64,000 nucleotides of DNA from Cenococcum geophilum. Its lineage: Eukaryota. Below, one piece after another: positions 50,418 through 63,936 of this stretch. Numbering within the stretch: the stretch's first letter is position 1; every line of letters begins with the position of its first letter. The DNA is taken from assembly GCA_050273025.1 (NCBI GenBank), contig CP158635.1, positions 24,304,001 to 24,368,000 of the forward strand. The letters run 5' to 3'. The position numbers and the translations under genes were made by a program. A model generated the notes under the pieces. That model saw only the letters and a program-made list of their open reading frames with translations. It made no database searches and was not told the origin of the DNA.

Positions 50418-53400
50418 ATGCCACTAAAAGCAGCTACCACAACGCCATTAACGGCGGCAACTACATTGAGGTCAGGTAACGACACCAGTATAGTAGACAC
50501 TAACTTACAGTAACCTATAACGGTTGGATAGTTATAAGAGATAGTTAACCAGTTAACAGAAAATAATGTAATGTTAGAAAATAGGATTAACGGGATAGGC
50601 GTAGTAAAGGTTAAGTTACTATTAATCGAAAGATACTTAGGGGAGAGATTAAAGCTTAAAGGATTCCTTACGTAGATATACTTTAAGATTGCGCAAGAGG
50701 GAGCTAAGCTGGCAACACCTATAGATTAAATAGCATATGCAGGATTATTCTTAATAGGAAGAGCACTTAAGTAGTTTAAGTCTTACCTTATAGAGATCTA
50801 GGTAAACGGAATAACGACTATAAACCAAGAGGTATGGTTTATGTTCTTAAGCTGGAATAGATTTGTAGAATGACTTATACAAATATTCGGAGACCTAGAG
50901 GTAGTAACCACGGCGGAAAAAAAAACTCTAAGATATCACGTAATAAACCTTAGCAATTAAGTATATAATATAGTTCTAGACGTTAGCAATATAAGTAGAG
51001 TGGAATAATAGGGCGCTTATAGCACAGTATAAACAGGGACTTAAGGCTAAAGTCTAGGATGTAATTATTCTAATAGAAGATGCGGACACCCTAAGGGAAC
51101 TAATAAATTAAGTAATTAAGATTAACAATCGGATCTACTAAAGGGAATAGGCTAAGAAGGGTTAGGATAGAGTTCTATAGTTATATAAGGCGTAGAGTAC
51201 GTAACGACTAAAGCTAAGTTAAAAATTATGGTATGGCGTAGAGCTAATGGACCTAAGTGGTACTAAAGAAGCCTATAAGAGATGGAGTAAGAAACCGTAA
51301 AAACCTAAAGGTTAAGGATTTAGTAATTATAGGACCAAAAAGCAGAGGCTAAACTAATGATCTTAGTAGCAGAAGATGTTTAGGCAGACTTTATAATAAA
51401 AGCAATAGTTTAGAGAGGGAGCTTATATAAATTATGGAAAACAGGGTTACTTTATAAGGGATTATAAAGGTAGTTAGAGTTACTATATAATAAAGGGAAC
51501 TAGACTAATAGTAGACGATATATATGTACAAAGGGATAATAATATACTGCGAGGAATAAAAGAATGTTTAATTAAAAGTTTTGCGTTTTATTACAATAAT
51601 GTATGCTAAATTTATAAGAACGCTAAGTATGGCGTAAGCTATTAGCTATAAGAGCTAGCACCTATAAGATATAAAGGAACCAATAAACTAGTTCGCAGAT
51701 CGGATATTAAGGACGATAAATTTAACGTAGGCGAAACATTCTATAACAATAAGGTAATAAGAGCGGTTTACTAGGAACACGTAGCTATTAGAGATATTAT
51801 ACTAGAAGTAAAGGATAATTCCACTATAAAATAAGGAACATTAGTAGGGATTAAGACCCCACTAGACATAATGTCTATTACTTCGCGAGACGTAAGAAAA
51901 GTAGGACAGTAAACCACTTTGGCACTCAATAAAGGCAAAAGGCTAAAGGCTTAAGATTCTTATAATAAGATGCGAGACGACTAAGATTCTTAAGACGAGA
52001 TAAGGCAAGCTTAAGGACCTATAATAGATGATAACCGATGGAGCAGAGCAACGGCTTAGTTTAGTGATATACGAATAAGCTTAGGACGAAGTTTCCTATA
52101 GGTATAAGACTCTTAAGACGAGATAAATGAGATTTAAAACTCTTAAGATAAGATAAGAACACTAAATAAGCCTAGTTAGACTAAGGCTAGAGCTAAGCTT
52201 AAGTTAGAAGTAAGCTTAGGATTAAAGAATCCAAGGGACTAAGAATTTGGAGTATGAATTAAAACACCTAAGATTAAGAAGTAAGAGAACTTTAAGGATT
52301 AGAGCGTAAGGCGTAAACCAAAGGAAACTATAAAAGAGTTTAGGCAAAGAATTATCGTATAGCAAGAGTAGAAACTAGATAAGAGATCTAGCATATTAGG
52401 ACGTATAAAGGACAGAGCGCTAGTATGTAGAATTACTAATAGGCCGAAAGTAGGTATACTAAGAGCTAAGTAGCTTACCGAACTAAAAGATAAAGAGGAT
52501 CTAGGGATCCCTACTAGGTTCGAAGAACGATATATAAAAGGCTGTTATAATATAGTAATAAGAAGATACTTCCTTACGGATAAGCCGTATACACTCTAAT
52601 AGCTGTACTAAAAGTGGTATAGACAAAGGCATAACGACGAGTAGGAAGATTTCTATATGTAGTTAGATAAAAGAGTTATCTAGGACCACCTAATTATAGA
52701 AAAGGCTATAACTTATATTAAAGGAGCCTTAATTATAACGTTAAAGGATTTAGAGAAACAATTAGAGGACTAGAGAAGTGAGAGGCGTATCTTAGTACCT
52801 ATAAATAAAGTTGTAACGTTTAGATTAGCACGATAAAGGTTTAAACTTAAAGATAAAAATAAGTTAAGAGTTAACCTAAAGCACCTAGCACACTATACGT
52901 TATTATAGATTGCGTATATAGACGATATATATAAGATGTATAGAAATCTAAAGGAAAAGAATCGGAAATACCCTATAAGGATGTACTAGATAACGGATAA
53001 GCAATAATATAGAAATGCTAAATATATATACGGATAGCATCTAGCAGAAGTTTAAGAGAAGGAGATTTAATACTCTAACTAAGAAGATTCCTTATGGAAG
53101 AATGCTTAGATAAATAACAGTAATGGGAATACCTAGAGAATATATGTCTATAGTATATTAAAGACAAAAAGCGAACTAGGCATTAGCTAAAGAATAAGCT
53201 AAATGTATAAGGATTAAGCAGCTAATAGTTAGGAAAAGTAAAGGCCTACAGGACTAAAGGGAGCCAGTGGTAGAGCCTTAGACCCTTAAAGGAATTTAAG
53301 GACAATACCTAAATTTATAAATAAAGTAGCAAGATTAATAGTTTAAAGCGCTAATAGATAGTAAAGCAACGAGGAACTATATCTTACTAGCAGTAATTAA

Positions 53401-56400
53401 GAGAATAGGGCTACCGCATAGATAGAAGAAGTAACTTTACCTATTAGTTACAATTTCAGGAGATCTAATAGCCTATAAAGGAGGGATCATCAATCTTAAA
53501 ACAGGACCTATTTAGTTAACTATTAAAGGGAAATAAATTAAGATGTCTTTTAATATATTACTATTAGGGAATAATAAGGCAGTATTAGGGATGCCTTAGT
53601 TATAGGAATATAATCTAAAGATCGATTAGATTACAGGTTAGGTCGATATTAGAGATACTTAATACCACAAATTACAATAATAAGCTAAGTTAGTATAGTA
53701 CTAAGTCGGAGCGATATATAAAGAGACTAAGTAAGGCTTAAGTTATATACTAAAAAGATACTATAAGTACGGCAAGAAACTATAGTTACTAGAAAGTAAG
53801 AAGCTGTTAAAGTATATAGTATAGGACCATAAGATAGAATTAGAATCAGGAATAAGTTTAAAGTTTTTTCCAATCTATAAGCTTACTAAAGAAGAAGGTA
53901 GAGCGTTAAAAGAGTTTATCTAGGAAAACTTACGAAAGGGATATATTAGACTATTACAGTTATTAGCGGGTTATCCAGTACTATTCGTACTAAAGAAAAA
54001 TGGCAAACTAAGGCTATATATTAACTATAGATAGTTAAACAGCATCACCAAAAAGGATAGGTATCCTTTACCCTTAATTAGCGAAATCTAAAATAGGATA
54101 GGCAATGCGTAAATCTTTACGAAAATAAATCTAAGATAGGCGTACTATTAGATTAGGATTAAGGAAGGCAACGAATAAAAGGCAGCCTTTAAATTAAAGG
54201 AAGGACTATATAAACCATTAGTTATACAATTTGGGCTTATAAACGCACTAATAACGTTCTAAAAGCGTATTAATAATGTGTTAGGAGAACACTTGGATGA
54301 ATTTATTATGGCATACTTCGACGATATTATTATCTACTTAATAACTAAGGAAGAACACGGGGAACACGTTAAATAGGTCTTAAAAAGACTATAAAAAGAA
54401 TAAATACTAGTAGCAATTAAGAAATGCGAGTTCTTCACCAGGAAGACCAATTTCGTTAGATTTATTATTAAACTAGGCCAACTTAGCATAAATCCAAAGA
54501 AGATTAAGGCTATAGTAAATTAGCAAGAACTAGAGAACGTTACGTAGTTAAGATCGTTCTTAGGGTTTTATAATTACTGCAGAAGGTTTATAGCGTAGTA
54601 ATTAAAGGATATTAAGCCACTTACACGGTTAATAAAGAAAGAAGAACTATAGGCATGGAGAAAGGAATAGTAAGAGCTCTTTAGAAAGGTTAAAGAGTTA
54701 TTTACCTAAGAGCTAGTTCTTAAAATCTATTAACTAAAACTAAAAACGGTTGTAGAGATAGATATATTAGACTATATACTAGAAGCATACTTTATATAAA
54801 GGTACTAAAATGGATAGCATCTAGTGGTATACTATAGTCGGAAGATAACACTACTAAAGTTAAACTATGACATCTACAACAAGGAGTTATTAGGTATAGT
54901 TATAGTATTAAAGAAATAAAGAGCATTTTTATAAGGTATAGAGAAACCATTTATAGTTAAGACGGATTATAAGAACCTAATAGGATTTCTAATAACAAAG
55001 GAACTTAACCAAAGATAGGTTAGATAGGTAGAAATGCTTATAGAATACCATTTTAAGATTTAGTATACTAAGGGTACAGATAATACGCGAGCAGATGCTC
55101 TAAGTCGCAAGGCTAAACTACAAAACGATAAGAAGCCATTAGGGGCTTTACTGCGAAAAGACATAGACGGATTAATTAGGTATAATTATCTAAAAATTAT
55201 AGCAACTTAAGAAAAGCTAGACAGAGTTTACGAGATACTAGAAAGCTTTTAGGTATAAAGGATTCTAGAAGAATAACTAGAAGACCTATAGACAGATATA
55301 TATAAAAATTAAGAAGTAAAGTATATCCTAAGAAGCATAGTAGAGTAATTTATGGAAGAGTTCTATAAGGGATTAACTTAAGGACATAATGGAGCTATGG
55401 GCTTAGTGTTAAGACTCTAGAAGAAGTATATTATTAATAGAATCTAAAATATCGCAAGAAAAGTAATAAAGGAGTATCTAGATTACTAAAGGAATAAACT
55501 AATAAGATATAAGCCATATAGAGGGCTACAACCTATTAAAATACCAGAGAGACTATGGGAGGTCATATTATAGGACTTTATTATTAAGTTACTAAAGTTA
55601 AGAGATCCTATTACCGGATAAGATTATAACGCGATCTTAGTAATAGTAAACAAGCTTATAAAGTGGGGATACTTTATAGTATGCATAGAAGAAATCTTAG
55701 CGAAAGATATTACTAGAATTTATGTTAAAGAAGTGTTTATAAGATATAGAGTACTAAGTAAGATTATATCGGACAGAGATCTAAGATTTGTAGTAGTATT
55801 CTAAAAAGTGTTCTTAGTAGAGTAAGGAGTTAGAGTAGCAACTTCCACTATATATTATCCGTAGATAGACGGTTAAACGAAAAAATTTAATTAGACACTA
55901 AAGCAGTATTTAAGGCACTATATTAATTATATATAAAATAATTAGGTATTACTATTACTAGTTATACAGTTTGCATATAATATAATACCTTAAAAGGGAA
56001 TAGGCATATTACTATTTAAGGCAAATTATGGATATAAGCTAAGAATATCGTTGTTACTATAGTAAGTAAAGAAAACGAGTAGTATAGCTAAAGAAAGAAT
56101 AAAGATATTAATAAATCTTTATAAAGACCTTATAGAATTAGCAAAGAAAGTATAAGAAAAAATAAAAAGGTACTATAATACTAAGAGATTTAAGGGACCA
56201 GATCTTAAGGAGGGAGATAAAGTATAGCTACTACACAAAAATTTTAAGAGTTAATAACTAAGTAAGAAGTTAGACCACGTTAAACTAGGACCTTTTAAAA
56301 TTATATAGAGGATTTCACCGGTTACGTTTAAGTTAAACCTACTAGCTAAAATAAAGATCTACCCTATATAGTATATTATAATACTAGAGCTAGTATACGG

Positions 56401-56600
56401 AAATATTAAGCCACTAGTCTATAAAGCAGATATATATAGAGGATAAGAAGAAGATAAATGGTAAGTTTTAAAGATCGTTAGTTATAAGGACGTTAATAAT
56501 AAAATATAGTACAAGGTTAAGTGGATAGGCTATACTAAGACTACTTAGGAGCTATTAGAAAATTTAAAGAACGCTATAAAAAAGGTATAGGAGTATTAAA
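50418..56600 (+). pseudogene. gag-pol of Gypsy A'' (gag, CCHC knuckle, ~1.8-kb spacer, PR, RT, RNaseH, IN, chromodomain)
   Basis: MP.KAA start; C..CGKQGH...C ~51424-51465; ALIDSGA ~53348; AYFDDI 54312; NYDIY.KELL; WDFI.KLP; chromodomain ~56450-56600. Confidence 0.9.
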
Positions 56601-57225
56601 GGAGATTAGGTTAGGTAGTATTAATAAAAAAGGATTACTAAAGAATAAGTCACCTAAGGGGGACCTAAGAAGAGTAGTTGCCGAACTACTCGGATCTGTT
56701 TTCTTCTCTATTAGAAGAGAATTCATTCTTTTATTGCTAAGTTCCTATAAACCTTATTCTATAAGTTTCTACTTTTTAAAATAAACCTTTTTATAACCCT
56801 TTTTAAGACGAAGTAAATAAGTAAACGCCACAATCTAAGTATTTAGGGCCTTCTATTCCGCATTACGAGAACATTCCAACTTAGTAAGGGCTTAAGATAG
56901 TTTACTATCTAGCTACGCAGTAGCAGATTAAATATAAGACCCTAAAATAAATTAATTAGGGAACTAAATAACTATTAAGAGTAATAGGTCGCGCATATTT
57001 AGTATTAGAGGTAGAGTAAACGTCATAGGACGAACGAATATTCGCTTTAGTGTACTCTAAGTAAAAGAACGGTTATTGTAAAGATGGGTTCGCCAATATA
57101 ATATAAACCAACCCCTCTTTTAAACAACAAGAATACGGAGACGGTATAATCTCACTAAAAGATAATATTACAGCAATAGTACGAGCACGACGTTGGGCGT
57201 GTAAAGAAGAAATTGCTTTAGGTAT
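56570..57225 (-). pseudogene. Antisense Zn2Cys6-like/coiled-coil gene of Gypsy A'' (third copy)
   Basis: Homologous to 1160-1837; second Cys codon (TGT) intact; QRRART basic patch before the cluster. Confidence 0.65.
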
Positions 57226-58401
57226 AATAAGTAATAATATTAACCAAATTAATTAAACGGATATTATACCTCTAGTAAACAACTTAGAGATATTTTAAAT
57301 CTTTAATAATAAAGATAAAAAGGAGGGAGATGGTGTTGCGGACGCTTTAAGTATAATATTATAACTACTTAGAGAAGAGACGGAAGAAGCTAGTTAGTTA
57401 ATTTAAGCACGGTCTAGGATAGAGCCGGTAGAACTATATAACGAGAAATAGTAACCGAGGTTATATAATGTGCTATATATTAAATAAGAGGAATAAGAGG
57501 AACTTATATACCTTATATATAAGACGTATATTATATATAAGAAGGATTTTATAAGAGTACGGTTGTGTATTTAAGGACCCTTAGTTCCTACCTAGATAGT
57601 TCCTTCCTTATAGTATTTCTTAGAATATAATTAGAGTTAATCTATTAGGCAACTACTCCACCAGTTATTATTATGTTGTCAATTACTATTGCTTGCATTT
57701 CCTACACACCTAGCCTAATAACAGGACCCACCGTAGTTCTTACTACAAGGTTCCGTTACACTATTATGCCCCTTACGCACTAACTAAGAAGTAATACTCT
57801 TAGTAGCTGGTATAGAGAACTATAAGACACTACTCTTAATACAAAAAGGCCTTAAGGCGGTTACCCAGTAGCTTATTAGCTAAAATGTACTAAACCAGTT
57901 CTAGGTTGTAAAGGAAATAGTAATAAAGGGCGGGGGGGCGAGCAACGGGCGCCCCCTGATAACTCTATAGTAGTAGAGTAAAGTTTACAATACTAGCGCG
58001 TCCGTAGGCTTGTTACAGCAGTAGTGGTTCCTAAAGAGGTTAAAAAGTAAGGTAGTAAGAGCACTACAGGTAACTCGCAGGCGCCTTATAGGCGAGTCCT
58101 AAAAGGCGGGGAGATGGATTACGGGGTTTTCTTAAATAGAGTTTTCTCCCTACATATATATAAGGAGTAGTCCGCATAGGCCCAATAGGGATCCAAATCG
58201 GACGTTAAGCAATGAATTATTATTAATTACTCCTCTAAATCCTTTAATATTATAATTAAGGCTCCTTTAATATAACTTATAGCTTTCTCTATAATTAGGT
58301 GGTTGTAGACAACTTTCTTATCCAGCTATATATAGAAATCTTTCCACTTATTATTGTGCCTCTATCTATACCATCTTTAGTATAGCTACTAGAGTGTATA
58401 T

Positions 58402-59166
58402 CCCTTAACACGGCAAAATTGGGCCTTACGGTATCAATAAGAGCCCACTAATTAAACCAGCCGAATCGAGCAGCCGTTCTCAGAAATACGAAGCTTTTAA
58501 TTTCATAGCTATTCGATATATAGGCTTATTCTTTGAAATTGAGTCGCTCGATATAAGGTAACCAGCACTCGTCCTTTCTGCAGAGCGGTATCTTGCAGAT
58601 ACTACACCCAAAATTGGTCCTCGGAGCCCGTTTCCGCCTCTCCCATTCCTTACTATCGCGTGCTTGCATTGTAGTATTTGGTAATAGCTCTAATAGAGCT
58701 TTCCGACGCCCTATATGCTGTACCTAAGTATACCTACAAGCGTGTTAGCTGCCATACGCGTAGGTATTCCTTTTCCTTATCTAGCGGGTATAACTTTATA
58801 TACTTATTTGTCTACTCTATAAGCTTATCCATAATCTCATCTATAAAGTATAGACTAAATAACTTAAAAGGATCGTAAGTATTAACGTTAGAGGGCAGGT
58901 TTGGTAAGCTATAGTTGTCCTAATTATTAATATAGAGAGGTTTAAATTTAGGTAACGGCCGGGGCTTAGGGCAGGGTTTTTTTGCAATTCTATTTGGAGG
59001 AATATTATATTAAGTCTTCTAAACAAGGCCCGCATCAATTCTAGTACGATTAGAAGGTATAGCGATAGTATAATTAATGATTGAATTCTATATAGATATG
59101 CGCGTTGTTTTAATCCTGGTGTTCGCGCATAGACTACATCCTCTAAGGGCCCTGCCGTTTCAAGGG
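58402..59166. mobile_element. 765-bp non-autonomous TIR element (CCCTT termini, 2-bp AT duplication)
   Basis: at|cccttaacacggca ... tgccgtttcaaggg|at; absent from homologous sites (11761-11780, 52575-52597), where length comparison gives a 2-bp duplication. Confidence 0.8.
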
Positions 59167-62100
59167 ATAGTTCGTCCGTAAGGAAGTATCTTCTTATTAC
59201 TGCATTATAATATCCTTTTATATGTTATTCCTTAAACCTAGTTAGAATCCCTAAATCCTCTTCTTATTCTAGTTTAGTAAGCTACTTAGCTCTTAGTATG
59301 CCTGCTCTAGGCCTATTAGTAATCCTTTATATAGGTGCTCTATCCCTTATATAACCTAATATACTAGATTTCTTATCTAGTTTTTAATCTTACTATAAGG
59401 TTATTCTTACTCTAAATTCCTCTATAGTTTCTTTCTTTTTACGTCTTGCGAGTAGATCCTTAAAGTTATCTTACTTTTTAATCTTATTAATAGTCCTTAT
59501 TTATATCTTAAAATCTTAGTTCTATAGAATTCTTAATCCTAAGCTTGCTTCTATTTTAAGCTTTACTCCTACTTTAGTTTAACTAGGCTTAGGTATTCTT
59601 ATCTTATCTTAAGAGTCTTAAATTTTACTTATCTTGTCTTAAGAGTCTTATATCTATAGGAAACTCTATCCTGAGCTTATTTATATATCTTTAAACTAAG
59701 CTATTACCCTACTCTATTAGTTTCTATCCGTTATGGGTCCTTAAGTATGCCTTATCTTATCTTAAAAATCTTAGTCGTCTCTTATCTTATCTTAAGAATC
59801 TTAAGCTTTTAGCCTTTTGCCTTTATTAAGTAATAAATTAGCACTAGCAGTCGTCTGCTTACTTAATCTCTATAAAATACTCTTCCTTTTATCTTATAAA
59901 GCGATAGATGCCGTATCTAATAGTATTATAATACCCGTTACTAAACCTTACTCTATAGCGGTCTTAGTCTCTACTTCTAATATAACTTCTTTAAGGTTTA
60001 TACGTTCCTAGTAAACTACCTTTATTGCCTTATCGTCTGTAAATATTTCGCCTATATTAAACTTATCGTCCTTAATATCTAATCTACGTAATAGTTTATT
60101 AGTTCCCCTATATTTTAAGGATTTTAGCTCCTATAGCTAATAGCTTACGCCATACTTAGCGTCTTTATAAATTTGGTATGCGTTGTTATAACAAAACATA
60201 AAACTTCTAATTAAACATTTTTTTGTTCCCCGTAGTACACTATTATCCCTTTATATATATATATCCTCTACTACTAGTCTAGTTCCCTTTATTATATAGT
60301 AACTCTAACTATCTTTATAATCCCTCGCGAAATAACCTTATTTCCCGCAATTTATATAAGCTCTATCTTTAAACCACTAACTTTGCTATAAAGTCCGCCT
60401 AAATATCTTCTACTACTAAGATCCCTAATTTAGCCTCTGCTCCTTAGTCCTATAATTACTAGATCCTTAACCTTTAGGTTTTTATAGTTTCTTACTCTAT
60501 CTCTTATAGGCTTCTTTGGTACTACTTAGGTCTATTAGTTTTATACTATACTATAGTTTCTAACTTAGCTTTAGTTGTTATATACTCTGCGCCTTATATA
60601 ACTATAGAACTCTATCCTAGCCTCTCTTAGCCTGTTCCCTTTAGTAGATCCAATTATTAATCTTAATTACTTAATCTATTAACTTCTATAGGGTATCCGC
60701 ATCTTCTATTAGAATAATTGCGTCCTAGACTTTAACCTTAAGTCCTTATTTATACTATACTATAAGCGCCTTATTATTCTACTTAACTTGCGTAGCTAAC
60801 GTCTAGAACTATATTATATACTTAATTACTAAGGTTCGTTGCGTAATGTCTTAGAGTTTTCTTTCCGCTATAGTTACCGCCTCTAGGTCTCCAAATATTT
60901 ATATAAGTCGCTCTATAAACCCTTCCCAGCTTAAGAATATAAATCGCACCTCTTAATTAGTAGTCGTTATCCCATTTGCCTATATTTCTATAAGGTAAAG
61001 CTTAAACCACTTAAGTGCCCTCCTTAATAGGAATAGTCCTACGTATACTATTTAATCCATAGGTATTAGTAGCTTTGCCCCTTCTTATGTAACTTTAAAG
61101 TATATTTACGTAAGAAATCCCTTAAGCTTTAATCTCTCTCCTAAGTATCTCTTAATTAATGGTAACTTAATCTTTACTGCTCTTATCCTATTAACCCTTT
61201 CTTCTAGCGCTGCATTATTGGTCATTAGTTAGTTAACTATCTCTTATAGTTATCTAACTGTTATAGGTTGCTGCGAGTTAGTATCTGCTATACTAGTATC
61301 GCCTTCTAATCTTAAAGTAGTTGCTGCCGTTAATAGCGTTGTAGTGGCTGCTTTTAGTGGCATGTTGTTTAACTTTCTATATTTAATACCATAACTAGGT
61401 AGTAATTATATAACGAAACCTTGTAGCAGGTACTACAGTAGGCTTATTATTAGGCTAGGTGTATAGGTAATATAAATTTAAGTTAATAACATAATAATAA
61501 CTGGTGGAGTGGTTGCCTAATAGATTAACTCTAATTATATTCTAAGAATTACTATAAGGAAGGAACTATTTAGGTAGGGACTAAGGGTCCTTAAATACAC
61601 AACCGTACTTCTATAAAATCCTTCTTATACGTAATATACATCTTATATATAAGGTATATAAGTTCCTCTCGTCCCTCTTATTTAATACGTAGCATATTAT
61701 ATAACCTCAGTTACTATTCCTCGTCACATAGCTCTATCGGCTCTATCTTGGACCGTGCTTATATTAACTAACTAGCTTCTTCCGACTCTTCTCCAAGTAG
61801 TCGTAACATCGTACTTAAAGCGTCCGTAACACTAATAATGCGGAAATACTAGCCCGCTTATAAGGCTGTAGCTAAGCTAAGATATAAGGCCGCGATCTCT
61901 AAGATAAAGGGGGTTTAATTACGCGTATAGATAATCTTAGAACGCCCTAGCGAAATAGAAAGGTTATTAGCATTATATACACCTATATAGATCTAGTAAG
62001 GGAAGATAGGTATCTAAATAGGGCCTATAGAGTCTATATATCTACCTTTAGGCAAGCCCGCACCGTCTATTATAATATCTACTATATCCACGCCACTTAC

Positions 62101-62614
62101 TTAGCCGTTTATAATATCCTTACTACCTGCTTAGCCGCCGTTTATAATATCTATACCGTCCACTTAGCCGTCTATAATATCCACACCGTCTACTTAGCTG
62201 TCTATAATATCCGCACCGCCTACTTAGCTGTTTACTATATCCGCATTACCCTTACTAATATAGGTATAAGCTAATACTTAACTATCTCTCCTATTTATCC
62301 TTAATCTATAGGCGCCGCTAAGAAAATATAAAATGCTTTAAGGTAGTAATTTAGTCTTCTAGCTCTAGACTAAGTAGACTTTAGGGCTAGCAGGTAGGCC
62401 GTTAATTAAAGCTTTTAATTACTACTAGGGGGCACAACTAGCGGGTTAACGGCGAGGCTATATTCTATAGCCGTCGCTATAGGATAATTAAGGATATAAG
62501 ATAGCGTGTAGAAGATAGTATAGCAAGAGATAAGAGATAGGCTATTAACTAGCTGGAACAGCTATAAGATTAGCGTTCTTTAGATTGGCTTTATAAGAAT
62601 ATCTAAATAGTTAT

Positions 62615-62960
62615 TTTACTATAGTAACTAAGACGCCTTAATATATAACTGTACTACGGTAACTAAGACGCCTCTATATACGATTACACTGCAGTAACCA
62701 AGACGCCTTAATATATAACTGCACTGCAGTAACCAAGACGTCTTAATATAGGACTATACTAGTAACCGAGACATCTTAATATAGGACTACACTGCAGTAA
62801 CTAAGACGCCTTAATGTATAACTGCACTATAGTGACCGAAACGCCTTAATATAGGACTGCACTGTATTAACCAAGACGCCTTAATATAGGACTATACTAT
62901 AGTGACCGAGACGTCTTAATATAGGACTGTACTATAGTAACTAAGACGCCTTAATGTAGG
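62615..62960. repeat. 35-bp tandem repeat x10 downstream of the Crypton ORF
   Basis: ctgcactgcagtaaccaagacgccttaatatagga-like unit recurring at 62624, 62659, 62694, 62729, 62762, 62797, 62832, 62867, 62902, 62937. Confidence 0.93.
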
Positions 62961-62974
62961 AATAGAGCCCGTTT

Positions 62975-63936
62975 CAGTGTAAGAGATGGATGGATTGGAT
63001 CTAGATCCAAATCCAAATCCATCAAATCCATCGGATCTGGATCAAGATCCAAACTTGATCCATTCTTAGGGCACGTTCAATAACTTTTTGGATACTGCTA
63101 GCCATACACCCCCTAAATAATACGCGTACACCCCCCAATTAATACGCATATACCCCCTACCTCATTTAGTTTAGAAGCTTCCTTATTAAGTTAGAATATC
63201 ACGTATGTTTGACTTGTTTGCACCTATATCGCGAAAATCAAAAGTGCAAGTATAGCCAGTATGTTACTTAAATGCTGAGGGCTCTCTACAAATAGATCTA
63301 TTAACGTAATTGGTAATTATAGAGCTAGTTATAGAGTTAATTAGCTAACTGCCGCAATGCTTTATAATTATAGGCTCTTGGATGTAAAGCAAAGGTGTTA
63401 ATTTAGGTCCCACTGGGCGCAGGCGCAGGCGCGGGCGTGGGCGCGGGCGTGGGCGCGGGCAGCAGAGGTAGCAGCACCCAAATTAGTTTGCGCAACGCCT
63501 TATAAAGCACTACACAATCTAATTAATTAATTTAGGCGCGATCTAAATTAAGACTCTACTACTTATAATATAACTAAAATCAAGACTTAATCGTGATGTT
63601 GCAGTTATAAAACTTGCATAGCGCGCACTTTGATTTTCGCGATGCAAGCACAAACAAGTTAAACGCACGTGATATTCTAACTTAATAAGGATGCATCTAA
63701 CTTAATAAAGAAGCGTCTAAACTAAATAAGGTAGGGGGTGTATGCGTATTAATTGGAGGGTATACGCGTGTTATTTAGGGGGTATATGGCTAGTATTATC
63801 CAAAAAGGTATCGAATGTGCCCTAAGAATGGATAAAGTTTGGATCTAGATCCATATCCACGCCACCAATGGATTAGGCGTGGATTAGTGGATTAATGGAT
63901 CCCGATCCAATCTCGATCCATCCATCTCTTACACTG
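62975..63936. mobile_element. hAT-type non-autonomous foldback element (962 bp)
   Basis: TIR cagtgtaagagatggatggat / atccatccatctcttacactg; 8-bp TSD gcccgttt (62967-74, 63937-44); GGATC-rich subterminal repeats; inverted arms ~63040-63255 vs ~63615-63855. Confidence 0.92.

Larger units (their letters stand above)
49946..57760 (+). mobile_element. Full-length uninterrupted Gypsy family A copy (A''), 7.8 kb, RIP'd
   Basis: 427-bp LTRs 49946-50372 and 57334-57760; TSD ctgtt/ctatt (one RIP change); PPT aaaaggagggagatgg. Confidence 0.96.
48759..58223 (+). mobile_element. 5'-truncated Tad1-like LINE (48759-49945 + 57766-58223), split by Gypsy A''
   Basis: GFV(D)DINL, WARRHG.QFSPEKYQLIHF, VLGVWVDSKL.W; C-terminal C-x-C-x8-H-x4-C across the Gypsy junction; (att)n tail; 14-bp TSD taattactcctcta (48745-48758, 58224-58237). 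Confidence 0.92.
35100..61831 (-). mobile_element. Full-length Gypsy family A copy (A'), expanded to 26.7 kb by nested insertions
   Basis: 423-bp LTRs 35100-35522 and 61409-61831; TSD ctaat (35095-35099, 61832-61836); internal segments rejoin colinearly with 49946-57760. Confidence 0.95.
32635..62960 (+). mobile_element. Crypton-like element copy 2 (32635-35099 + 61832-~62960), split by a 26.7-kb nest; 3' boundary uncertain
   Basis: Recombinase region 33049-35099 continues at 61832 (matches the reverse complement of 25521-25550). GCR1_C-like C-terminus at ~62310-62606 (Y.M.RG..SVFQLWTEWTLGLAGGPSIEAL...WGA.WR....MFYSRR..II..I). Confidence 0.85.

Noticed and set aside
35095..57765. Apparent CT-start preference in 5-bp TSDs (ctaat, ctaat, ctaac, ctgtt)
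   Set aside because: Small sample, mixed families, and RIP inflates CTA; other TSDs (agggt, cattt) disagree.
62615..62960. CRISPR-like array (35-bp period)
   Set aside because: Contiguous tandem units with no unique spacers, no cas genes, eukaryotic context.
63066..63826. PIF/Harbinger MITE (tta|gggcac...gtgccc|taa) nested in the hAT element
   Set aside because: The inverted symmetry continues outward beyond these points, so it is part of one foldback.
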